From Ilumatobacteraceae bacterium (GTDB taxonomy: Bacteria; Actinomycetota; Acidimicrobiia; Acidimicrobiales; Ilumatobacteraceae), in the NCBI GenBank assembly GCA_963772825.1, contig CAVYYX010000001.1:53976-117975 (forward strand): DNA of 64,000 bases. Direction: 5' to 3'. Below the pieces are notes generated by a model. The model was not told where the DNA came from. It saw nothing but the letters and a program-made list of their open reading frames with translations, and did not search any database. Numbering within the stretch: position 1 is the first letter of the stretch; every line of letters begins with the position of its first letter. This document shows, in pieces, positions 1-9,087 of the stretch. Made by a program: the position numbers and the translations under genes.

Positions 1-51
1 CCTGGGGGCGGACCCGCGACGTCATTCACATGATCGTTACGCTCGCCGGCC

Positions 52-832
52 ATGGACCTCGATGGTGCGCACGTGATCGTGACGGGAGCTGCCAGAGGGA
101 TCGGCGCGGCGCTGGCCGGGCGCTTCCACGCCGCCGGCGCCAGGGTCGTCGTCGCCGACCTCCTCGATCCCACCGAGGTGGTCGACCGCCTCGACGGAGC
201 CGTGGGCATCGTGGCCGATGTGTCGACGCAGCAGGGCAACGTCGCCCTCGTCGAGGCCGCCGAGGCGACGTTCGGCCCGGTCGACCTGTTCTTCGCCAAC
301 GCCGGCGTTGCCGTCGGCATCGATCTGACGACGTCGGAGGACGACTGGGCCCTCGCCTTCGACGTCAACGTCAACGCCCATCGCTGGGCCGCAGCCCTGT
401 TGCTCGACGGCTGGCTCGAGCGCGGGTCCGGCTATTTCTGCTCCACGGCATCGGCCGCCGGCCTGCTTGCTCAGGTCGGCTCGGCGCCGTACACGGTGAC
501 CAAGCGCGCCGCCGTGGCGTTTGCCGAGTGGCTGTCGATCACCTATGGCGACCGCGGTGTCAGGGTGACGTGCCTGTGCCCCCAGGGGGTCAACACGGCG
601 ATGCTTCAGACGTCGCTCGGCGGGGGAACCGACGTGGTCAGGGCGTCCGGCGCCGTGCTCGAGCCTGCCGCACGTCGCCGAGCTCGCCGTCGAGGCGATC
701 GTCGAGGAGCGCTTCTTGGTGCTCCCCCACCCCGAGGTCCACGAGTACGCCCTGCGCAAGGCCGCCGACATCGAGCGGTGGCTGGCCGGGATGCGCCGGC
801 TCAACCAGAGGTTCGCGAGTTCCACCGAGTAA
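52..832 (+). CDS. SDR-family short-chain dehydrogenase/reductase, reading frame broken once near 667-671
   Basis: Rossmann motif VIVTGAARGIGAAL plus NAGV and YTVTKRA (YxxxK) in the frame starting at 52. The conserved C-terminus HVAELAVEAIVEERFLVLPHPEVHEYALRKAADIERWLAGMRRLNQRF continues in the next frame to TAA 830-832. The ORF-track product beyond about aa 205 is Arg-rich nonsense. Confidence 0.8.
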
Positions 833-856
833 CTCCGACCGATACGGTCGAGGTCT

Positions 857-2836
857 ATGACTCAAGCTGCTGTCGACTCACCGACATCGCCGTTCTCCGA
901 CCAGCTGCGGGACCTGTTCCACGGACGGTCCTGGGTTTCAGGGCCGGCCGTCTCCCCCGACGGCTCCCGCATCGCCTTCGTCGTCGCCACGATCGACCTC
1001 GACGAGAACACGACGACGAGCAGGGTGTGGCTCAGCGGTCCCGACGGCGATCCGGGGCCGATCACGGCCGGCCCCAACGATGCCCAGCCGGCCTGGTCGC
1101 CCGACGGTCGGTTCCTCGCCTTCACGTCCAAGCGCGGCGAGAAGGACAAGGAGGCGACGCTGCACGTGATGCCCATCGCCGGTCCAGGCGAGGTGCGCAC
1201 ACTCGGGTCGATGCCCGAGGGTTTCGCCCAGCCGACGTGGTCGCCGGACGGCAAGCTGATCGCCTTCACAAGCCGCAGTCGCGACAAGCGCTACGACGCG
1301 AAGGACGAGAGTTGGCAGCCACCGCGCAAGATCGAGACGCTGTTCACGCGGCTCAACGGCGAAGGCTGGATCGTCGACCGGCCGACGCACGTGTACGTCA
1401 TCAACGCCGATGGCACCGGCACGCCGCGCGACCTCACGCCGGGACCTCACCACCACGACGGCGTCTCGTGGCTCCCTGATTCCAGCGCGATCGTCACCAG
1501 CGCGGCCCGCCACGAGGGCTGGGACCTCGATCTCGCCGTCGATCTCTACGTCGTCCCGCTCGACGGCGAGATCCGTGCGCTCACCAACCAGACCGGCAAC
1601 TATGCGAATCCGGCGGTCTCCCCCGACGGAACGCGCGTCGCCCTCCTCGGAGCGGACGACCCGGACGTCGATCCGCAGAACGCCGCGGTCGGCATCATCG
1701 GCATCGACGGCGGCGAGATCGCGTGGATCTCGTCGGCGCTCGATCGCAGCTGGCAGCCGTTCCCGAGCGCCCGTCAGCCGGTGTGGACCGACGACAACAC
1801 GCTGCTCGCCACCGTCGAGGACCGCGGCGAGACACATCTCTACGAGCTGACCGCCGACGGGTCGCAAGCTCCCCAAGCGCTCACCAAGGGACCGCTCGCT
1901 GTGCAGGGATTCGATGCCGCCGGCGGGACGGTGGCCACGGCCCAGGCGACGGTCCAGCGCCCTGCCGAGCTGTTCACGCTCGACGGCCAGATCACCAGCG
2001 TGACGCAGTCGCCGGGTCTGGACTGGGAGAAGTTCGCCGTGCCGTGCACCGACGGCACCGACGAGATCGATGCCTGGATCATGCGGCCGGGCGACTTCGA
2101 CGAGGCGGCCCGCTACCCAGTGCTGCTCAACGTCCACGGTGGTCCGTTCACCCAGTACGGCGAAACGTACTTCGACGAGGCGCAGATGCAGGCCGCCGCC
2201 GGGTTCGTCGTCGTGATGTGCAACCCGCGCGGCAGCAGCGGCCGGCACACGGCGTGGGGGCAGTCGATCCGCGGCCCCAAGGCCGCGACGGCTTCCGGCA
2301 CGGGCTGGGGCAGCGTCGACGTCGATGACGTGATGACCGTCCTCGACCACGTCCTCGCCAACTACCCGTTCTGTGACCCCGACAGGGTCGGGATGCTCGG
2401 CGGCAGCTACGGCGGCTACATGGCGACCACGCTGGCGGGCCGCTTCAGTGACCGGTTCAGGGCGATCTGCAGCGAGCGGGCCGTGAACAACATGGTCACC
2501 GAGGAGTACAGCTCGGACATCGCCAGCGGCTTCCGCACGGTCCACGGCGCGACGGTGCTCGACGACCCCGACGAGTACGTGCGCATGTCCCCGATCGCCA
2601 AGGTCCGTGACATCACCTGCCCGGTGCTGATCATCCACTCCGAGGACGACCTGCGGTGCCCGATCAACCAGGCCGAGGAGCTGTTCGTAGCCCTCCGCCT
2701 GCAGGGCAAGGACGTCACCTTCTACCGCTTCCCGGCGGAGAACCACGAGCTGTCGCGCAGCGGCTCACCCGTCCACCGCAAGATGCGCGCCGAGATCCTC
2801 CTCGACTACTTCACCGACCGCCTCGCCCCCCGCTGA
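857..2836 (+). CDS. S9-family serine peptidase (prolyl oligopeptidase / acylaminoacyl-peptidase type) with N-terminal beta-propeller
   Basis: 659-aa intact ORF. Repeated SPDG propeller motifs (VSPDGSRIAF, WSPDGRFLAF, WSPDGKLIAF). Catalytic GGSYGGYM nucleophile elbow and a C-terminal Asp/His region (IIHSEDDLRCP, ENHEL). Confidence 0.9.
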   Translation: MTQAAVDSPTSPFSDQLRDLFHGRSWVSGPAVSPDGSRIAFVVATIDLDENTTTSRVWLSGPDGDPGPITAGPNDAQPAWSPDGRFLAFTSKRGEKDKEATLHVMPIAGPGEVRTLGSMPEGFAQPTWSPDGKLIAFTSRSRDKRYDAKDESWQPPRKIETLFTRLNGEGWIVDRPTHVYVINADGTGTPRDLTPGPHHHDGVSWLPDSSAIVTSAARHEGWDLDLAVDLYVVPLDGEIRALTNQTGNYANPAVSPDGTRVALLGADDPDVDPQNAAVGIIGIDGGEIAWISSALDRSWQPFPSARQPVWTDDNTLLATVEDRGETHLYELTADGSQAPQALTKGPLAVQGFDAAGGTVATAQATVQRPAELFTLDGQITSVTQSPGLDWEKFAVPCTDGTDEIDAWIMRPGDFDEAARYPVLLNVHGGPFTQYGETYFDEAQMQAAAGFVVVMCNPRGSSGRHTAWGQSIRGPKAATASGTGWGSVDVDDVMTVLDHVLANYPFCDPDRVGMLGGSYGGYMATTLAGRFSDRFRAICSERAVNNMVTEEYSSDIASGFRTVHGATVLDDPDEYVRMSPIAKVRDITCPVLIIHSEDDLRCPINQAEELFVALRLQGKDVTFYRFPAENHELSRSGSPVHRKMRAEILLDYFTDRLAPR

Positions 2837-3094
2837 CCCCACCCGAGCGTTTGCTGCTCGATGACAGAACATGGCAGCCACCGCGTAGCTTGGTGGTCAC
2901 CGACTCCCCCAGCCGATCACCGACGACAGGGAGTCCGTCGTGCCCGCAGAGAACTGCCCGTTGCGCTCACAGTTCCGGCGCCTATCGGGCGGCGACAAGT
3001 GCCCGACGGGAAGGCACGAAACCAGTCGTGATTGTGTCGGCACTTCGGATCACTGGTCGCGCTGATCGCGGCGACCGAGTGCCGCGTGTCTGAC

Positions 3095-3619
3095 ATGGCG
3101 GATGCGGTCACGATGATGAGGGCTCGGTTCGGCGCCGCGATCGTCGTGGCCGCAGCCGCGGCGGCGATGTCGGCATGCGCCGACGACGACTCGGGATCGT
3201 TGCCGCCGGATGTCGCAATCGTCGAGCGGGTGATCGACGGGGACACGATCGACGTCGAGATCGGTGGGCGCGACGAGCGGGTGCGGATGATCGGCATCGA
3301 CACCCCCGAGCTGCACCCCGACACAGGCACCGCCGAGTGCATGGCCGCCGAGGCCCGCGACTTCACGGCGGCTCACCTTCCGCCGGGTACCGAGGTGCGC
3401 CTCGAGCGCGACGTCGTCGGCCGCGACGACTACGGGCGGTTGCTGGCCTACGTGTTCCGCCGCGGCGATGACGTGCTGGTCAACGAACTGATCGTCGCTG
3501 ACGGCTATGCCCGCCCGCTCACGATTGCCCCCAACGACACTTACCGCCGACGATTCGTTGCCGCGGCGAGCACGGCGGACGCCGCCGGGCTCGGCGTGTG
3601 GAGCACGTGCGCCGGGTAG
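3095..3619 (+). CDS. Thermonuclease (staphylococcal-nuclease-like) lipoprotein
   Basis: Signal peptide plus lipobox (AAAAAAMSAC). SNase motifs VIDGDTIDV, RVRMIGIDTPE, GRDDYGRLLAYV. Start is ambiguous (3032, 3095 or 3113). Confidence 0.8.
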   Translation: MADAVTMMRARFGAAIVVAAAAAAMSACADDDSGSLPPDVAIVERVIDGDTIDVEIGGRDERVRMIGIDTPELHPDTGTAECMAAEARDFTAAHLPPGTEVRLERDVVGRDDYGRLLAYVFRRGDDVLVNELIVADGYARPLTIAPNDTYRRRFVAAASTADAAGLGVWSTCAG

Positions 3620-4485
3620 CGTCGCCGTGCGTGGCCGCCTCCATCGATCGCGACATCACGCTCAACGAGCGGCTCGGCTACTCGCCAGAAGCGAAGCTGG
3701 TGATCCTCTCGTGCGACGACCTCGGGTCGTGCCACGCCGCCAACGTCGGGGTTTACGAGGCGATTCGCGCCGGTTCGGCGACGTGCACGTCGTTGATGGT
3801 TCCGGCCCCGTGGGCCCGCCACGCCGCCGAGGAGTACCTCGACGGCGACGACGTCGGCGTCCACCTCACACTCAACGCCGAGCACTCCCGTTACCGCTGG
3901 GGCCCGCTCACCCACGCCCCGTCACTGCTGTCCGGCGACGGCGGATTCCCGTCCACCGTCGACGACCTGTGGGAGCACGCCGATCCCGACGAGGTCCGCC
4001 GCGAGCTGCGCACCCAGGTCGAGCGAGCCCGGGCCTGGGGCATCGACGTCACCCACCTCGCGCCGCATCTCACGTCGATCACCCTGCGCCCGGAGTTCTT
4101 CGACATCTACGTCGAGCTGGCCGTCGAGTTCGACCTGCCGATCCGCCTGCCGTCGACGATCTCCGAAGAGCGTGCCGGGTTCCCCTTCAGGCGCCTCGCC
4201 GCCGAGGAAGGCATCGTGTTCCCGGACCACTTCGACCACGACTGGCGACCGGGGAGCCGGGCCCGCACGTTCGCCGCCCTCGACTCGCTGAGCGCGGGAG
4301 TCACCGAGATCCACATCCAGCCGGCGATCGACACACCCGAGGTGCGGGCACTCACCGAGTACGCCGACGCCTGGATCGACGACCTCGCCCTGGCGCTCGA
4401 CCCCGCGCTACCCGCCCGTGTCGACGACGTCGGGGCGACGCTGATCGGCTACCGCGACCTCAGGGCTGCGATGCGAGGCGGCTGA
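3598..4485 (+). CDS. YdjC/ChbG-like carbohydrate deacetylase family protein
   Basis: LVILSCDDLGSCHAANVG, SLMVPAPW and VGVHLTLNAE resemble the YdjC family. The start may be an internal GTG (about 3631), because 3598 overlaps the nuclease stop. Confidence 0.7.
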   Translation: MEHVRRVASPCVAASIDRDITLNERLGYSPEAKLVILSCDDLGSCHAANVGVYEAIRAGSATCTSLMVPAPWARHAAEEYLDGDDVGVHLTLNAEHSRYRWGPLTHAPSLLSGDGGFPSTVDDLWEHADPDEVRRELRTQVERARAWGIDVTHLAPHLTSITLRPEFFDIYVELAVEFDLPIRLPSTISEERAGFPFRRLAAEEGIVFPDHFDHDWRPGSRARTFAALDSLSAGVTEIHIQPAIDTPEVRALTEYADAWIDDLALALDPALPARVDDVGATLIGYRDLRAAMRGG

Positions 4486-4711
4486 GCGCCGCGGCCACCT
4501 CACCGGAGCGCAACACGTCGAAGAACGCCCCGGTCGAACCGGTGGTCTTCAACTTGCCGCGCATGTACGCGACGGTCGGCTCGAACGACGGGTCGCGAAC
4601 CTCGTCGAGCGGCACGGTGACCACGACATCGGCGTCGTCGGGCCCGTCGACGAGCTCGTTCGACTTGGCGATGAACACCCGGTACTGCACGCTCGGCACG
4701 GCCGCTCTCAC
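4460..4711 (-). CDS. SCP2 (sterol-carrier-like) domain protein
   Basis: 83-aa ORF ending in an SCP2-like C-terminus (AYMRGKLKTTGSTGAFFDVL). Its ATG overlaps the mca stop (4708-4711), which suggests translational coupling. Confidence 0.65.
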   Translation of the reverse strand: MRAAVPSVQYRVFIAKSNELVDGPDDADVVVTVPLDEVRDPSFEPTVAYMRGKLKTTGSTGAFFDVLRSGEVAAALSRLASQP

Positions 4712-5625
4712 TTCCGCTCACTGCCGACGGAGTCGCGGACCCCGGCGAACAGATCGGTCTCGGTGCGATGCTCCGGGATCGGCCCCACCAGGCTGCGGGC
4801 GAGCACCCACTCCTCCCACGGCCACACCTCGTTCAGCTCGTCGTCGTCGAGCCCGAACCACCAGGCCTCCGCCGGGTCGATCTGTGTGGCGTGGGCCCGC
4901 AACGCGCCGCTTCGCGCCCACTGGTAGTCGGCAATGTCGATCCGCGTCGTGATCCGTTCGTCGGTGTTCGGCCGGTCGAACCAGGCGTCCTCGAACGGCG
5001 ACGAGCCGCGCCGCTCGATGAGCGCCTGGTGCACGGCGAGCATCCGCTCGAACGACCACGTGGCGTAGTACAGCTTGGAGGGCTGGAACGGCGCCCCGAG
5101 GTCGGGATACCAATCGGGATCGCCCGCCCGTTCGAAGGCGAGCACCGAGATGTCGTGGACCCGCAGATGGTCGGGATGCGGATAGCCGCGCTGGTCGTCG
5201 CTGTAGGTGAGCACGACCTGCGAACGGGTGCTGCGGATGACGGCGACGAGGCGGCCGGTGGCTTCGTCGATGTCGGCTTGGTGGAACGACTCGGGATGGT
5301 CGTTGCTCGGTGAGTCCGGCATTCCGGAGTCGCGATAGCCGAGCATCTCGACCTGGTCGAAACCGATCAGGGCGGCCGAGGCGGCCAGCTCCAGGGGACG
5401 AAGCTCGGCGAGCAAAACCTTCTCGGCATCCGGGGTCAAGTCGTGGAACGGACCGCCCGGTTCCCGCAACGACGGGTTCTGGAGGTCGCCTTCCTCCCCG
5501 CCGGTGCAGCACACGAGCACGGTGTGGACGTCCTCGGCGTGGTACTTCGCAACGGTCGCCGCGCCCTTTGACGCCTCGTCGTCGGGGTGGGCATGGACGC
5601 TGAGCAGCGTGAGCCGGTCCTCCAC
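4708..5625 (-). CDS. mca: Mycothiol S-conjugate amidase (PIG-L/LmbE family deacetylase)
   Basis: VHAHPDDEASKGAATVAKY, TGGEEGD, GYPHPDH, LRAHATQIDP and a C-terminal TDLFAG follow the Mca pattern as I recall it from mycobacterial Mca. Confidence 0.85.
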   Translation of the reverse strand: MEDRLTLLSVHAHPDDEASKGAATVAKYHAEDVHTVLVCCTGGEEGDLQNPSLREPGGPFHDLTPDAEKVLLAELRPLELAASAALIGFDQVEMLGYRDSGMPDSPSNDHPESFHQADIDEATGRLVAVIRSTRSQVVLTYSDDQRGYPHPDHLRVHDISVLAFERAGDPDWYPDLGAPFQPSKLYYATWSFERMLAVHQALIERRGSSPFEDAWFDRPNTDERITTRIDIADYQWARSGALRAHATQIDPAEAWWFGLDDDELNEVWPWEEWVLARSLVGPIPEHRTETDLFAGVRDSVGSERK

Positions 5626-5690
5626 GTCGGTCAGGTTAGCGACGGACCTGCCGGTCGGATGGGTGACATCCGCCCCTACGCTCTGGCGCC

Positions 5691-6455
5691 ATGCGACGAC
5701 GTCGACTTGCGGTCGTGACGCTCGCCGCGACGGTCTTGGCGCTCAACGCGTGCGACACCGACGACGGCCGGGAGATGCAGGCACCCGACTCGATGGCCCG
5801 GTTCAGGCTGGAGAACACCACCACGTCGACCTCGACGACGGTCGCCCCTCCGCCCACCGAGTTCATTCCGGCGACCTCGTCGACGTCGACGTCGACGACC
5901 ACGTCGACGAGCTCGACGTCGACGTCCTCGACGTCGTCGACGGCCCCGCCATCGGGCGCCCTGGTGTCGCCCGCCGAGTCGTCCCCCGTCACGGCCGCCG
6001 GGGCAGGCGCCGAGCTGCAGTTCGCCGGGCCGTGGGACGATGGCGAGGCGATCCCGGTCGAGTTCACGTGCGACGGCGCCTCCGCCGAGCCGCTGATCAC
6101 GTGGGCGGCGCCGCCTGAGGGCACCGCCGAGCTGGCCGTGTCCGTCATCGACACGGATGCCGACGGCTACGTGCACTGGCTGGTCATCGGGCTGCCTGCC
6201 GAGGCCGGATCGGTCGGGGGCGGCGAACCACTCGTCACCGGCGCCGCCGAAGGGCTCAACTCGTCAGGCGGCCCCGGCTGGGCGGCGCCCTGCCCGGACC
6301 CGGCCGACACACCGCACACCTATCAGTTCACGCTGCACGTGCTCGACCAGGCGACGGAGCTGCCCCCCGATTCGCCGACGACCGACCTGCTCGCCGCGGT
6401 CGACGCGGCGACCGCCAACACCGCAACGTTCACCGGCACGTACGAGCGCGCCTGA
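5691..6455 (+). CDS. Lipoprotein with Ser/Thr-rich linker and YbhB/YbcL (PEBP, Raf-kinase-inhibitor-like) domain
   Basis: Lipobox LALNAC. A TSTSTST low-complexity linker is encoded by (tcgacg)n. PEBP-like core: VEFTCDGASAEPLITW, DADGYVHWLVIGLP, HTYQFTLHVLD. Confidence 0.8.
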   Translation: MRRRRLAVVTLAATVLALNACDTDDGREMQAPDSMARFRLENTTTSTSTTVAPPPTEFIPATSSTSTSTTTSTSSTSTSSTSSTAPPSGALVSPAESSPVTAAGAGAELQFAGPWDDGEAIPVEFTCDGASAEPLITWAAPPEGTAELAVSVIDTDADGYVHWLVIGLPAEAGSVGGGEPLVTGAAEGLNSSGGPGWAAPCPDPADTPHTYQFTLHVLDQATELPPDSPTTDLLAAVDAATANTATFTGTYERA

Positions 6456-6460
6456 CGGCG

Positions 6461-7369
6461 ATGTCCCTGCCCCCTCCGAGCGGTCTCCCCCAACCGCCCC
6501 CGGTCGAACGCACCTTCTGCTACCGCCATCCCAACCGCGAGGCGGGGCGGCGATGCACGCGGTGTGGTCGGCCAACCTGCGATGAGTGCCTCGTCCGCGC
6601 CGACATCGGGAGCCAGTGCGTCGAGTGCGCCAAGCGCGGCAAGGCCCCGACCGCCACCCGGGCCCGCGATTGGAGCGCCCGCCAACCGATCCTCGTCACC
6701 TATGCGTTGATGGCCATCAACCTCGCCGTGTTCGTGTGGATGGTCGCCAAGAACCCGGACAACTTGAATCCTGGCGGCTCGATCACCCCGGAAGCTGCCG
6801 ACCTGGCGCTGGCCGAGCGGGTGATCGTGCGCACGACCTCGGGCACGCTGGAGTTCATCGACGTCACCGATCAGTGGTACCGGCTGATCACGTCGGGATT
6901 CCTGCACTACGGGGTGATCCACCTCGCCTTCAACATGTTCTTGCTGTTCCAGCTCGGCCAGATGCTCGAACCCGCCCTCGGACGTGTGCGCTTCGCGCTC
7001 TTGTACGTGGCGTCGTTGCTCGGCGGGTCGGCGGGCGCCCTGTTGTTGCAACCCAACGGCCTGCACGGCGGGGCTTCCGGCGCCGTGTTCGGGCTGCTCG
7101 GCGCGGCGGCCGTGATCATGTACCGCCGCGGCATCAACCCGCTGTCGACAGGCGTCGGCTCGCTGATCGTGCTCAACCTGTTGATCACGTTCACGATCGG
7201 CGGCATCTCGATCGGCGGCCACCTCGGCGGGCTCATCGCCGGCGCTGCCACAGGAGCGCTGATGGAGTCGTCACCCCGCAGCCGGCAACCGAAGTGGGTG
7301 AGCTACCTCGCTCCCGTCGCCGTGTCTGCCGTCGCCGTCCTCGTCGCGGTGGTCGTCACCCAGCCCTGA
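6461..7369 (+). CDS. Rhomboid-family intramembrane serine protease with N-terminal zinc ribbon
   Basis: CYRHPNREAGRRCTRCGRPTCDEC zinc ribbon, then HLAFNMFLLFQLG, the GASGAVFGLLGA catalytic Ser motif and HLGGLIAG. Confidence 0.85.
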   Translation: MSLPPPSGLPQPPPVERTFCYRHPNREAGRRCTRCGRPTCDECLVRADIGSQCVECAKRGKAPTATRARDWSARQPILVTYALMAINLAVFVWMVAKNPDNLNPGGSITPEAADLALAERVIVRTTSGTLEFIDVTDQWYRLITSGFLHYGVIHLAFNMFLLFQLGQMLEPALGRVRFALLYVASLLGGSAGALLLQPNGLHGGASGAVFGLLGAAAVIMYRRGINPLSTGVGSLIVLNLLITFTIGGISIGGHLGGLIAGAATGALMESSPRSRQPKWVSYLAPVAVSAVAVLVAVVVTQP

Positions 7370-7486
7370 ACTCGTCCGCAGTGCGGGCGTTGCCGTCACC
7401 CGAGGTCGCCGTGGCCACGGAGTGCGTCTCGCCGTCGTCGGAACCCACCCCGACGCGGTGTGACACCCCTTGTTCAAGATGGAGGC

Positions 7487-7684
7487 ATGAGTACCTCACG
7501 CACCGCCGACCAACTCAGCCTGTTCCCCCCGGCCGACACGATCCCGGACCGGTTCCGTCTCGACGATGCAACCCGCCGCCGAGGCCTGCGCCACGTCGCC
7601 CGCCTACGTGCCCAGCTGGAGGCCCGGTATCCGTCGAAGCCTGCGGCCCGGCCACCGGATCGAGGCCGTCGCAGCGCCGCCTGA
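7487..7684 (+). CDS. Hypothetical small protein (65 aa)
   Basis: ATG at 7487 preceded by GGAGG at 7481-7485. No family recognised. Basic, Pro/Arg-rich C-terminus. Confidence 0.3.
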   Translation: MSTSRTADQLSLFPPADTIPDRFRLDDATRRRGLRHVARLRAQLEARYPSKPAARPPDRGRRSAA

Positions 7685-7716
7685 CACGCTGAATCGCTCG
7701 CTCGAAACTCGCTTGC

Positions 7717-8025
7717 TCAGCGGTGGCGGAGCTTGGCGATCACGGCGGCGTCCTCCGCCGGCATCTGCGCCCCGTACTGCGCGCTGTACACCCCCTTGCG
7801 ACCGCCGGGCTCGCTCAGGGCGAACACGATCACCTCGTCGTCGGGGTCGGACTGCCCCTCGAAACGCATCTTGCGGTCGATCGTCACCGACGCCGGGTCG
7901 GCATCGAGGCCACTCTCGTTGCACCGCAGGAGACCATCGCTGGTGGCGAACCAATTGCCCGTGTAGCCCTCGCTCTGCCACGCCGCGATGACCTCCGACA
8001 GCGTGGCCATCGGATCACCGTCCAC
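7717..8025 (-). CDS. Hypothetical protein (102 aa)
   Basis: ORF with protein-like composition (MATLSEVIAAWQSEGYTGNWF...). No motif recognised. Confidence 0.45.
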   Translation of the reverse strand: MDGDPMATLSEVIAAWQSEGYTGNWFATSDGLLRCNESGLDADPASVTIDRKMRFEGQSDPDDEVIVFALSEPGGRKGVYSAQYGAQMPAEDAAVIAKLRHR

Positions 8026-8035
8026 GTCAGCGACC

Positions 8036-9040
8036 CTACCGCTTCAGCTCGCCGCCGGGGGCGAGGGCCCTCGCCGCATCCCAGAACGGGACGTCGGGGT
8101 CGAGGGGCAGGATCGCCAACGACGAGGTCGTGACGCCGTTGTCGAAGTACTCCTGGATCCGGCCGCGACACTGCTCGACCGAACCGTGGACGACGAGCTC
8201 GTCGACGATCGAGTCCGGGATCGCCGCCAGGGCGCCTCGACGATCACCTGCCGCCCACGCGTCCCACATCGGCTGCAGCGCTTCGCCGCGTCCGAGCCAC
8301 CGGTGGAACTCGGCGTAGACCGGCACGTTGAGGTACACGGCAATCGCGAAGCGAGCACCGGCGCGAACCACGTCGGTGTTCTCACTCGGGCACACGAAGA
8401 TGCGGGCGACGATCTCGCGACGGGCTCCCCCGCTCGCCTCGTCGACGACCCCGACGACCCGCGGCACGTCATCTGGGGCCAGCCAGTTGATGATCGCCCC
8501 GTCCGCTTCGCGCCCGGCGAGGCGCAACATCCCCTCGCGCAGCGCGGCGACGAGGATCGGAGGCGCTTGCTCCGGTCGCACCCCGAGGCGGAAACCGCTG
8601 ACCTCGAACGTGTCGTACGTCGCCGACACCTTGTCCCCCGACATCGCATCGCGGAGGAACCGAACGACGTCACGGACCTTCTTGTACGGCTCGACGAACG
8701 GCACACCGTTCCACCGCTCGACGATCACGTTGCTCGACGAGCCGATGCCGATGGCGAACCGTCCGGGTGCGGCGTCGGCCAGCGAGGCCGCGCACTGGGC
8801 GAGGCACGCCGGCGCACGGGTGAAGGCCGGGACGATCGCCGTACCCAAGCGCAGTCGCGGCTCCCAGGCGGCGGCGAGGGCCAACGGCGTGAAGGCGTCG
8901 GTGGCGTCGGCCTCGGCAGACCACACGTCGGTGTAGCCGAGATCGGCCAGCTCAGCGAGGCCGTCGCGATGAGTGTGCAGCGGACCCGGCAGGGGGACGG
9001 TCATGCCCGGACGGGCGGTCGGTGGAAGGCTCGGGGTCAT
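8036..9040 (-). CDS. LLM-class (luciferase-like) F420-dependent oxidoreductase
   Basis: LGYTDVWSAEA, RLRLGTAIVPAFTRAP and GRFAIGIGSSS are typical of luciferase-like monooxygenase-fold proteins. Confidence 0.8.
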   Translation of the reverse strand: MTPSLPPTARPGMTVPLPGPLHTHRDGLAELADLGYTDVWSAEADATDAFTPLALAAAWEPRLRLGTAIVPAFTRAPACLAQCAASLADAAPGRFAIGIGSSSNVIVERWNGVPFVEPYKKVRDVVRFLRDAMSGDKVSATYDTFEVSGFRLGVRPEQAPPILVAALREGMLRLAGREADGAIINWLAPDDVPRVVGVVDEASGGARREIVARIFVCPSENTDVVRAGARFAIAVYLNVPVYAEFHRWLGRGEALQPMWDAWAAGDRRGALAAIPDSIVDELVVHGSVEQCRGRIQEYFDNGVTTSSLAILPLDPDVPFWDAARALAPGGELKR

Positions 9041-9087
9041 GGTCGGTGTCTAGCCGATCGAGTCGTGCCTACTACCGTTGGTCCTCG

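Noticed and set aside
938-2746. Very long ORFs opposite or overlapping confident genes. Examples: 938-2746 minus, 15758-17326 plus, 28149-30896 minus, 32697-35891 minus, 37558-38739 plus, 21776-23284 minus.
   Set aside because: Their products are Arg/Gly/Asp/Val-rich with no motifs. They lie antisense to ORFs with clear family signatures. This is the usual stop-codon depletion of about 70% GC DNA.
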